Part shown: one piece after another, positions 32,945-43,421 of the stretch
Numbering within the stretch: position 1 is the first letter of the stretch
How the letters are laid out: each line of letters starts with the position of its first letter
Source of the DNA: Cyanophora paradoxa CCMP329
Lineage: Eukaryota; Plantae; Glaucophyta
DNA length: 64,000 nt
Direction: 5' to 3'
NCBI GenBank assembly: GCA_004431415.1
Contig: QPMI01000564.1
Location: 62,001 to 126,000, forward strand
The notes under the pieces: generated by a model
The model's database searches: none
Told to the model about the DNA's origin: nothing
Seen by the model: the letters and a program-made list of their open reading frames with translations, nothing else
Program-made: the position numbers and the translations under genes

Positions 32945-33208
32945 ATGTCGAATATATACCAAGTTGTTCTATCTGATACTGAAAAATTGGGAATGGAATA
33001 CTGTGCTGCTTCTGTTCAGGATTGGATTGATAATGTGGTTCACAATAGGGCAAGAATTGCAATTGATGAGATTGTTCAGAAAGAAATTCAATCTTGCATC
33101 TCATCAGGAGTTCAAATACCAACATCAAAGGAAGCTATTGTTTTACAGGCATTCCAAAGGGGAACTGTGAAAAAGGCGATTGAATATAATACAGTTGCTG
33201 AGGAATGA
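32945..33208 (+). CDS. Small fibre-associated protein
   Basis: LSDTEKLGMEY..VQDWIDNVVHNRARIAIDEI resembles, from recall, small ORFs following C1q fibre genes in aquatic phages. Confidence 0.6.
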   Translation: MSNIYQVVLSDTEKLGMEYCAASVQDWIDNVVHNRARIAIDEIVQKEIQSCISSGVQIPTSKEAIVLQAFQRGTVKKAIEYNTVAEE

Positions 33209-33330
33209 AGTCTAAATTAATTGGTTTTTCATAAAGCATGCATAAGAAAGGCATGTATCTTGCATAGTGGGCGGGGCGCGAGTGTATTTTAACGTGGTCT
33301 ATCGTCGTACTTCGTCGTAAATATGCTAAT

Positions 33331-33420
33331 CGTACATTTCGATTCGTACATTTCGATTCGTACATTTCGATTGAAGTACATTTCGATTCGTACATTTCGA
33401 TTCGTACATTTCGATTGAAG
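33331..33420. repeat. 14-bp tandem repeat x6
   Basis: (CGTACATTTCGATT)n with two GAA interruptions. Confidence 0.95.
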
Positions 33421-33912
33421 TCGCGAGTGTGTGCAGGTGGGCATTTTTGGCATGCTTGCTCATGCACATACTCGCGAATTCATTGTACTCTATCGGTGGG
33501 GGTCACCTTGATTTCGTATTTGATTTATCCGGATTAAGGCTATCGGTGGGGGTCACCTTTATTTTTCAATTTGCTAACTGAAAACAGTTTGGAAACTATC
33601 GGGAACATTTCGTAAAAATAGGGGTCTTACTGTCCTTACTGAGAAATCGAGGGAGGGTTTTAGGGCTTACTGAAAATGGTAAGAGATTAGAAAATAGGAG
33701 ATTGAATGGGTTTCGTGATTGGTTTCAGTAAGGAGAGGTTAGAAGTTCGAAAAATACAGTGTGGCTCAGTGCGAATTTGTGATTTTCGCACTGAGAATTG
33801 TGGGAGATGTAAGAGCTGCTTATTGACATGGTCGGCTTTTTTGCGCGCAATTGGTGGGGGTTACCTGCATGCGAGCTGGGAGCACTTTTCCTGCAGGGCA
33901 TAAGGGGAGAAA

Positions 33913-34135
33913 GTTAAGAGGAGTTTGAGGAGGCGCTGGGTCGGTGGGGAAGGTCTAGGAAGAGGGGAGGGCTGTTGAGAGGGAATATAATTATGGGAGG
34001 AGTTGTCCTGAGAGGAGTTGTTAAGGGGAGTTTGAGGAGGCGCTGGGTCGGTGGGGAAGGTCTAGGAAGAGGGGAGGGCTGTCGAGAGGGAATATAATTA
34101 TGGGAGGAGTTGTCCTGAGAGGAGTTGTCCTGAGA
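33913..34135. repeat. ~107-bp purine-rich tandem duplication
   Basis: GAGTTTGAGGAGGCGCTGGGTCGGTGGGGAAGGTCTAGG... occurs twice. Confidence 0.9.
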
Positions 34136-35274
34136 GAATATAATTATGTATTTAGGGTAATTGGTTGAGCTGAGAGAGAATATAATGAGGGGAGGAGTGG
34201 TGCTGCCAATCAGCTAGGTGTAGTTGAGCTCGAGGCCCTGAGGAAATTGAGAGGAGATTGGTGAGGGGAGGGGCGAGGTTCTCGCGGCCAGACGCATGCG
34301 CAGAGCTCGCGAATCGCTTAAACAGAGTCTAGAATGCATACATGATCGATGTCCAGGGATGCAGAGGCCAGGGCGTGCGAAAATATGTGCAGGCCTGTCC
34401 AGGATCAAAATTTGGCGTCGGCTGGGTTCTCGTGCTCTTTCGTGCCCTCAGAGCTTGCGAAAGAGTTTAAAAAGCTCTCAAATGAATACTGTAGCGATGG
34501 GCATGGGTGAGGACGCGAGGGCGCGCGGAAAGATGCGCAGGTCCGTCCAGGATCGAATTTTCGGGGACGGCTGGGTCCCCGCGGTCCGGCGCATTTAGAG
34601 ACCGTGCGAAAGGCTTCTTCTACATCTCAAATGCTTATGCTATCGTTCCGCGCATGCGCCGCGGCGTGGGCGCGCGGAAAGTTGCCCGGGCCTGTGCAGG
34701 ATCGAATTTTTGCCATCGGGCACCTTCCTGCGCTGTTCCGGCTCCGAAAAGCGGATATCTGGAGTGCGCAGGCCCTGCTATGTCTATGCGCGCCAGTACG
34801 CATCGAACGCGCGCGTCGGGGGACCGGCCGGAACCGGCTGGATCAAAATTTCGATCGACTCTTTGGACTGGAGCGTCGGCGGCGGCCGAAATCGAGCTTG
34901 CCGCGATGCGTGCGCTCTTTGCTGTCATCCTGACCGCTCTGGGACGTCCCTGGCAGGCTTTCGTCGGGGGACCGGGTCCCACTTTTTGGAGTTTCGCGAT
35001 CGAGGCGGGGTATAAATACCGGAATTGATCCGTGAGGGAAATTCGATTTTCGCGCGATGCCCAGGGGAGAACGATCGAATCTTCTTGGGTAAATTCTAGG
35101 GGAGCCATGAGTGCGAAAATAGATCAATGGAGCCGTGTAACTCTGTGTGACGTCGGAGACCGTTCGCTTTCATTGCGGAGGTTGCGAACCTGGACGGTCG
35201 GACCAATCGCAGAGCGGTGGAAAAAAAATAGATGGGGACGTTCACCATCGACCTACGGAAGAGGCTTCGCCCGA
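34071..35274 (-). mobile_element. Non-autonomous Helitron2/Helentron-like element, copy 1 (hairpin end missing)
   Basis: Highly similar to 40760-41973 and shares the end GAGGCTTCGCCCGA; truncates ORF 35253-35495. Confidence 0.65.
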
Positions 35275-35498
35275 TCACATTCGGCGTAACGTGCTACGGG
35301 ATCACCATACGCCGATTGCGCAAGGACATTAACCAAGAGGTTTTTATATTCATGAACAACCGGTGATAGTTTGTTAGTTTGTTGTATTGTTTTTTCGACA
35401 TTTTGTAGCGCGGCTACAAGTTTGATAGTATCGAATGCAAGAGCGACAGGCTCAGAAGAAGTAGAAGGAGTTCCACCGAGTGGATAGGTCGCCATTTA

Positions 35499-38400
35499 TT
35501 ATACTGAGACATTTTTAATTTGGTCTATTTGATCTTGTAGATCTTTGCATTTCTTAGATAATTCTTTAACAGCTTCTATGAGAACAGGAATTAGTGCTGT
35601 GTATTCTATTGCTAAAAACCCATCTCTTCCTTTTCCTACAACCTCTGGTATAACCTTTTGAACATCTTGTGCAATTAGCCCTAAACATGTTTTTCCATCC
35701 TGAGAATCCACTTTTTTGTAAGAAACGCCTTCTAATTTTTCTATTGCTGGTAAAGCGCCTGTTAACGTTTTAATATCGGTTTTGTATTTTCTATCACTTG
35801 CAAGGTATTGTGTCCTTACCCAAAATGTCCCGACATTATCTAACGAAGCCATATCCCAATCATTTGCATCTCTCCAAACACACACATAGGTTCCATGTCC
35901 TCTAATATATGTTGTTCCATCAGTTGCAAAATAGAACCTGCTGCGTGTGCTACCTCCTGATGCTATCCATGTATCCTCTGTCCATACTGCTGTTCCTGGT
36001 TTACTGAACACATTATCCCAACTAATCATCCCATTTGCTGGTGCTGTTCTTCCTACTTCTTTTGTCCATCCAATCATCCCAACGTGACATCTCCCCTTTC
36101 TTGCAATAAATCGAATATGTGAGAAATTCGCACAAAAGAAGGATGTCCATGTTAAGCCATCATGCCAATTTGAATCGTAATTATTTGAAACGTTTTGGTA
36201 AGCGTTTACCCTCATAATGTGATGCCACCTCCCATTTCGATAGCCTCCAATATCGAAATATCTGCAATTTGTCCAACACATATACTGAACATGACAGGTT
36301 CGCATTCCACTGGGAACTTCCATTTGCATGTAGTCACTGCTGGTTTGATCATCAGTAATGGTGCTATAAAATCCTTCTACTGGATTGTCTGTTGTAGGTT
36401 TCCAACCTGTCGACCACGATCCTACAAAATAAACAGTTGCACTATTCCATCCTGAAACCACATCAAAACTGGTAATATTTCCAATCGAATTGGTAACATC
36501 TGTTAACGACAGATAGGATGTAGGAATAGTAGGTTTACTGTAAATATTATTCCAATGAATAAAACCGGTTGAACCACCATGAGAACTACTATGTGCGCGA
36601 TCGTGTGTAAAACCAATACCCATAATGTGAACTCTTCCGACTTTTGGATAAATACGAATGTGAGTAAATCGACCGGCAAGGAAGATTGGGACATTATTAA
36701 CTCCATTGTGGTAACCGTCGCTACTGCCGTCATGTGGGTGATAGTTATTAACTCTCGTAATAAATACAAATGCTCCATTACTACGGACTCCCCAAATCTC
36801 AAAATAACGACCATTGGTCCACGGTAAATGTGTAAGGAATGCTGTCCCATTTACTAATGCTGTGGGTATTGTATACTGAATCCAAGTTGTTGTAGGAGCT
36901 GCTATATCATCGTATTCACTGTTGTGTGCATAACTTCCATAATTATATCCTGGATCCCAATACCACCCACTACCGGTTATCCAAGTTCCGCTTGATAACT
37001 GATAAGCGCCACCTGCTACTGTGTCATCAAAAGCGTAACATTTGGGAACGTCATAACCATTTCTTTTTAATGTTGCGACATCTATGGTTGTTGCATTTAT
37101 AGTAGTTCCTGTAATTGATGGTGCGCTTACACTTGTAGTAACATTTAAAGTTCCTCCTACCCATAAATTACCATTATTATATGATTTTAATAATGCTAAA
37201 TCGGAGCCATTGCGAAACTCCACACAAACATTATCAGAGTTTCCATAACCTCGAATATATGTCGTATTACCATTTCCAAACCAAAATCGTTCTATATTGT
37301 CTGTTGATTTTAACCATGTGTTAGTTGTCCATGTTGCCGTTACTGGGAGGTCTGCGGCTGAATAAAATGATGGTTTGCTAAATATATTATCCCAAGAGAT
37401 CATGCCCAATTCATTGTCGGTTGCTCTCTGTCTACTCCAACCGAAAACCCCCGTAAGATGAATGCGACCTTTTCGACCTTGAACATATATTTTTGTGTAA
37501 AACTCGCAATTAATAGAGATGAAAAGTATACTGGATTGTGTTCCATCATGCACTGATGCTTGAATACCTTGATAAACATTTAAACGCCGAAGGAAATGTT
37601 GATTACCATTGGCTGTTTGACCATAGATGTCGAAATATCTACAATTAGACCAACACATGGTTTGAATATAAAACGATTTCATGCCTTCTGGAATTGTCCA
37701 CCTCATCCAACAACCACTGCAATCCTCATCATTTTGTGGTGTTGTGTAACATCCTGCTTGTCCTGTTCTTGCTGTCCATCCGAAATTCCAATTATTTGCG
37801 CTTCTATCTGTCGAAATAACATCTAATTGGTCGAAATCATAACCTTTTGGAATTGTTGTTCCACCAATTTGTAAAGTGGTAGCATTCACAGTTCCTGTTA
37901 CAGTTCCACCTGTGAGAGGTAGATAATTCGCAAGAGCCGCCGTTAATTCTGCATCTGTTGTGTAACTACTTAAATCGGCTGAGGTAAGATGCCCTTTATT
38001 GGTAAGGTAATCATCTGTTACCACTCCTGAAAGGGTTGTATTGTGTAAGTTTTTCGCCGCCATTCTCTGATTGACTTCTAAGGCGCCACCTGATGTTGTT
38101 TTTATCCACGCCATCTCACATTTACCGTGATCATCTGTGGGTTGTCCCGCAACGGGAAGATAGTTTACAACTTTCTCCCTTGTGAATACTATTTTAGGTC
38201 TTGCTCCATCATATGCGCTTTGATCTGTTAAGTTAATTTGAATAGCTGCTGAAAAATCCGCTACTTGTCCTGTTTCACCCGGGTGATAATTCGTGACATA
38301 GATACTGGGGAAAGTATCATTTACTCCTACGTTGAAATCACCACTATACACTCCATTTACGATTGGATCCCTGGGTAATCTTACTGCAAGAGTTCCCACC

Positions 38401-41400
38401 ATCGGTGTGCCTTCTTGACCTGTAAATGAACCATTGAGACTAACATAATGATCATTCAAAAATAGCCTTTCGGGTGTATTAATCGATTGGTAAAGTGTGA
38501 CTCCATTAAAAACGTTTCCGATTGCATTCAATTGTGCAAAAACTGGCTGTTCGTCTATTTCGCTCCATGGGTGCCTGTGGTTGCTATTGGTGATCTGGGA
38601 ATAATCATGAGTGTGTGGATCAGGTGGGAAGGTTAATGGCGGATTCGTGATATGCTCCCATAAATGTGTATGGGCGAAATCTGTTATTTGATCTTTTGTG
38701 TGAGTGTGTGCGAAATCTGTTATTTGATCTTTTGTGTGAGTGTGGGCGAAATCTGTAATATCTGCTTTTGTGTGTTTTTGTTTTGCTAACCAATCTAAAA
38801 CAACATTCGAAGTGGGATGATTTGGTAGGTTTGCTTCAATATTCACAGTTAAGTAGTCGACTATTAAATTACTTCCATAAATATTACTTGCCCATATATT
38901 ACTCGCCCAAAGGTTACTGGTATATAAGTTACTTGCCCATATGTTACTTGCTGAAATGTTACTAGTATAAATGTTACTTGTGACTGTAAGGTTTGTGTCG
39001 TTTTTGATAACAAATAAAGAAAGTATATTAGTAAGTTCGCCTTCATCTATGTATCCCTGTTCTTCTAAATAATCCTCTGTTACGACTCTCGATATATCTT
39101 CATTGTGTATGTTTTTGGTGCTTGCCCTTTGATTGATTTCTAATAAACCTTCACCAACTCCGCCATTATAATTCGTTTTTATCCATGCTACCTCACATCT
39201 TCTGTAATCATCACGATCTCCTATAAAAGTATTTGGTAAAAGATGCTCCCGAGTAAATACTAATTTTGGTCTTGATTGGTCAAAATCGCTAACATCTGTT
39301 ACATTAATTTGTATTGCTGCATCTTTTTTATCATAACTGTTTGGATCTAATGGAAGCGACGGTATCGGAGGTAATACTTCTGTCATCGGGATGTCCTCAG
39401 GGTAGTAACTTGTTAGATAAATTCCGGGTTTTGTCTCATACAAACCAAAATTACCGCTAACTTCTAAAATCCCATCTCTTCTGGGTGGTCTAATGAATAA
39501 TTCGGCTTCCATTCCTGTGCCTGCTTCTATTCCCATGCGATTAAGGTAGTGGTCATTTAATTGTAATCTTTCTTCTATGTTAATATTTCTTTAAAGACTT
39601 ACACCATGTTGAAAATCTGTTAATACATTTCCTGCTGATGCAAACGTAGGCTGTTCGTCAATTTCGTCCCAATTATGCCTGTGGTCTTCTGGTGGAAATT
39701 CAGTAGGTATGTTATCTAAATCTTCCCAATCGTGCCTATGCTCTGTGGGTGGAAATCTTTCCGGTTTGTTTAAAATGTCTTCCCATTCGTGTTCGTGGGG
39801 ATCTGGTGGGAATGTGTCGGGTTTGTTAATAATATCCCTCCAATCTACGGTAAAATCGAAAAAACCCGGTTGTAATCCATCTGGTAATAACTCTTCATCT
39901 GGTATATGCGGTTGTTCGTAATCTATGTTAGGTGGATTTAATCCATGTGGTAAAAGTTGTTCGTCGTAAGGTTGATAACGATCGTATAACATATGGTTAG
40001 GATCAAATCCATCCGGTAATTCTTCCACGTCTTCACATTCTTTATGTTCGAGAGGTATAACATTAATATCAGGTGCTAAGAGTTCCTCAGCGGGCGGTTT
40101 GTAATCTTTAAAAACTGGTTTATTATGGACTTTTTCCCAACTAACAAAATGTTGCCCAAACGCTACCGTTTCATCTGCTGTGTATTCTCTTCCGGGTTGT
40201 TTCTTTGGTGTAAGATCTGGTGGATCCCATGGAAGCGGAAAGGGAACCGGAGTAGGTCCGTAATGTTCTATAATTTCTCTTATCGTTTTCTCACTAACAA
40301 GCCGTTCCCCATTTGCATAAACATTACTACCATGAATATTTCGCCATTGTCGGGTTCTAATACCAAGGTCTTTCGTGTTTGTTTTCAAAGGTAGTAAATG
40401 CCTATCCATTTCGACAAGATCGGGATGTAAATGTATAGCTACTGGTTGACTGGGACTACTGTCGACTGTGATCGAATCCTTTTCTTTGGAAGTATCCGGT
40501 GGAAGAGTGAAACCAAACAGTGCATTAGTGTTTGAATTGTTGACGATGTCTTTTGGGTAAATATTATTGGTGTGGCGAATCTGATTCTCTTCACCATGTG
40601 GGGCAACCTGTAATATCTGGGGAATTTGTGCTATCGAATTTGATCCTTCATTATAGATCCGTAACAAGCCCTGGGCCCCTGCGGGTCCCAAACATCGGGC
40701 GAAGCCTCAGCGGCCCCCTTCCCGTCCCCCTTATTCATCGCGGCCCGTCGTGGCTGTTGGGGAGGGCTGGTGAGAGGGAATATAGTTATAGGAGAAGTTG
40801 TCGTGAGAGGAGCTCTCCTGAGAGAATATAATTATTTAATTAGGGGAATTGGTGCAGCTGAGAGAGAGAATATAATGAGGGGAGGAGTGGTGCCGCCAAT
40901 CAGCTAGCTGTAGTTGAGCTGGAGGCCCTGAAGAAATTGACAGGAGATTGTCGAGGGGAGGGGCGAGGTTCTCGTGGCCAGGCGCATGCTGCAGTGCGCA
41001 GAGCTTATAAATCGCTTAAACAGAATCTCGGATGCGTACAGGATCGATGTCCAGGGCTGCGGAGGCGAGGGCGCGCGGAAATATGTGCAGGCCTGTCCAG
41101 GATCGAAAATTTGGCGTCGGCTGGGTTCTCGTGCTTTTTCGCGCGCGCAGAGCTTGCGGAAGGCTTCGTTTAGATCTCAAATGAATACTGTAGCGATGGG
41201 CATGGGTGAGGACGCGAGGGCGCGCGGAAAGATGCGCAGGTCCGTCCAGGATCGAATTTTCGGGGACGGCTGGGTCCCCGCGGTCCGGCGCATTTAGAGA
41301 CCGTGCGGAAGTCTTCTTCTACATCTCAAATGCTTATGCTATCGTTCCGCGCATGCGCCGCGGCGTCGGTGCGCGGAAAGATGCCCGGGGCTGTGCAGGA

Positions 41401-42345
41401 TCGAATTTTTGACGTCGGGCACCTTCCTGCACTGTTCCGGCTCCGATAAGCGGATATCTGGAGTGCGCAGGCCCTGCTATGTCTATGCGCGCCAGTACGC
41501 ATCGAACGCGCGCATCGGGGGACCGGCCGGAACCGGCTGGATCAAAATTTCGGCCGGCTCTCTGGACTGGAGCGTCGAGGGCGGCCGAAATCGAGCTTGC
41601 CGCGATGCGTGCGCTCTTTGCTGTCATCCTGAACGCTCTGGGGCGTCCCTGGCGCGCTTTCGTCGGGGGACCGGGTCCCACTTTTTGGGGTTTCGCGATC
41701 GAGCCGGGGTATAAATACCGGAATTGATCTTGGAGGGAAATTCGATTTTCGCGCGATGCCCACGGGAGAGCGATCGAATCGTCTTGGGTAAATTCTAGGG
41801 GAGCCATGAGTGCGAAAATAGATCAATGGAGCCGTGTAACTCTGTGTGACGTCGGAGACCGTTCGCCTTCATTGCGGAGGTCGCGAATCTGGACGTTCGG
41901 ACCAATCGGACTCGATTGGAAAAAAAATAGATGGGGACGTTCACCATCGATCTACGGAAGAGGCTTCGCCCGAACCGCTACGATGAACTCCCTTCTCATC
42001 CTGGACATTAAAAACCAAACGTCCGCTATCATAACGTGTGGGAATATCGGGATGCGTTCCACTTGCTTTAAGTTTCCGTGGTCTCCTTCTGGTTGCCTTG
42101 ATCTCTGCAACCGCGTTTTTTTTAACATTGCCCAAACTGAAAGCTATACTTACATCTTCTTTCTCTGGGTCTGTTTGATTCAGCGATAAAGCATGAATTC
42201 TGGGATGCGTCTTACTGGGTTTATCGGCGCTCTGATCAATTGACGCCGACCCTTTAATGGTGATATTATCAAAGTTTACATGTTTAGTGTTTCCTTTACC
42301 ACTACCTGTTATGGTTTGTAAATTTGCTGGATAATTGAAACTCAT
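35499..42345 (-). pseudogene. Giant (~1850 aa) fibre gene with C-terminal peptidase S74 chaperone; interrupted by insertion 40668-41973 and an in-frame TAA at 39591-39593
   Basis: N-terminus homologous to the 25513 gene; removing the insertion restores ..RSG|LLRIY.. in frame; HTH repeats, SNI repeats, SDRKYKTDIK..GLIAQDVQKVIPEVV..LIEAVKEL. Confidence 0.85.
40668..41973 (-). mobile_element. Non-autonomous Helitron2/Helentron-like element, copy 2 (complete, 1306 bp)
   Basis: 14-bp asymmetric IRs TCGGGCGAAGCCTC (40695-40708 / 41960-41973), hairpin between the inner IR and the end (40672-40690), inserted in TT with no TSD. Confidence 0.75.
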
Positions 42346-42394
42346 CCCTGGTTACTCTAATAATAGAGATTTATTAAATTTCAATAAAGTAAAG

Positions 42395-43000
42395 ATGCCT
42401 TTAAGGGTTGTTTTAGCTTTGTCTGGCGGCGGCGCACGTGGTATTATCATAACAAGGTTGTTAAAAGAAATAGAAACAAGAACTCTTAATAACATACCTC
42501 CTATCGATGCTAATTGGTATCTTCTATCAGATAATGCGTTTACCGCTTCTTCTGCAAAATTCGGAAAAGAGGCATTTAAAGCCCGCCCATCATTAACTGG
42601 ATGGGAAGCGAACGCATCCGCCATAAATGGAATATGGGAAACGCCTACTGAGTATCTGCAAATAGCATTCCCATATACTTTTGAAATCGCTTCTATAATT
42701 GCATATGGATCAGGTATAACAACTGCGTTTATGAAAACTTTCAATGTTGCGACATCGCAAGATGGTATAACATGGGCATTCATCAAATATGAGGGTGTAA
42801 ATAGAATGTTTGTATGTGAGAATATAAATAATGCTAATAACTCTGGGGATGTATCATATGCTATGGGGTTCCCACTTTCTGTAAACGATGTATTTTATAT
42901 AGGTTATCCATTGAGAACACGATATATACGTATTTATCCATTAGTATATATAAATGCCCCTACTATGAGAGTCGATGTAACGGGCGCATTTATACGGTAG
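42395..43000 (+). CDS. Internally deleted patatin: first ~30 aa fused in frame to the discoidin-like domain
   Basis: VVLALSGGGARGII..IETRT joined to IPPIDANWYLL..EYLQIAF..TRYIRIYP..MRVDVTG. Confidence 0.75.
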   Translation: MPLRVVLALSGGGARGIIITRLLKEIETRTLNNIPPIDANWYLLSDNAFTASSAKFGKEAFKARPSLTGWEANASAINGIWETPTEYLQIAFPYTFEIASIIAYGSGITTAFMKTFNVATSQDGITWAFIKYEGVNRMFVCENINNANNSGDVSYAMGFPLSVNDVFYIGYPLRTRYIRIYPLVYINAPTMRVDVTGAFIR

Positions 43001-43229
43001 AAAAAAGAGGGAATGTTTTCCGATTTTTTGATTATATATATGTATATGTATATATAATAATATTATTTAATTTTATTTATTATTTTTTTCCAAACATTTT
43101 TTTTCTCGGTCAAACGGCATTACGGAGGTTTTTGTATATATAGTGTATATATATGTCGTGTATATATGGTGTATATATGTCGTGACATCACGTGTTCGTT
43201 CGCTCACTAGAAAGGGGGGATACCGTTGA

Positions 43230-43293
43230 CTAGAAAAGCCCTAGAAAAGCCCTAGAAAAGCCCTAGAAAAGCCGACAAGCCCTAAACAAGCCG
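43230..43293. repeat. TAGAAAAGCCC / ACAAGCC repeats downstream of integrase C
   Basis: Direct reading of the sequence. Confidence 0.85.
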
Positions 43294-43421
43294 TCATTTT
43301 GGGTTCCGGAACCCAAAATTCCAAGAAATTCATACAAACTGCTGTAACTCTCCACCAACTGATCGCCTTTCAAAACCGCGACCATTGCCGGAATCCTCTT
43401 TTCATCCTCTACGCATCTAAG

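Larger units (their letters stand above)
12354..33900. mobile_element. Endogenous Polinton-like virus B with capsid/packaging module (right boundary approximate)
   Basis: Integrase, pPolB-SF1 helicase, A32 ATPase, MCP, two minor capsid-like genes, patatin and fibre cluster. Confidence 0.8.

Noticed and set aside
12354-33900. Adenain/Ulp1-like maturation protease
   Set aside because: No H-W..D..Q..C motif set was recognised in any ORF, so none is annotated.
40668-41973. Insertion removed as a spliceosomal intron
   Set aside because: The nearest GT and AG at the junctions give an out-of-frame product.
25513-42345. Bacterial prophage or contamination
   Set aside because: No terminase, portal or HK97 capsid. 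DJR MCP, A32 ATPase and rve integrase, with eukaryotic TEs inserted, indicate a eukaryotic endogenous virus.
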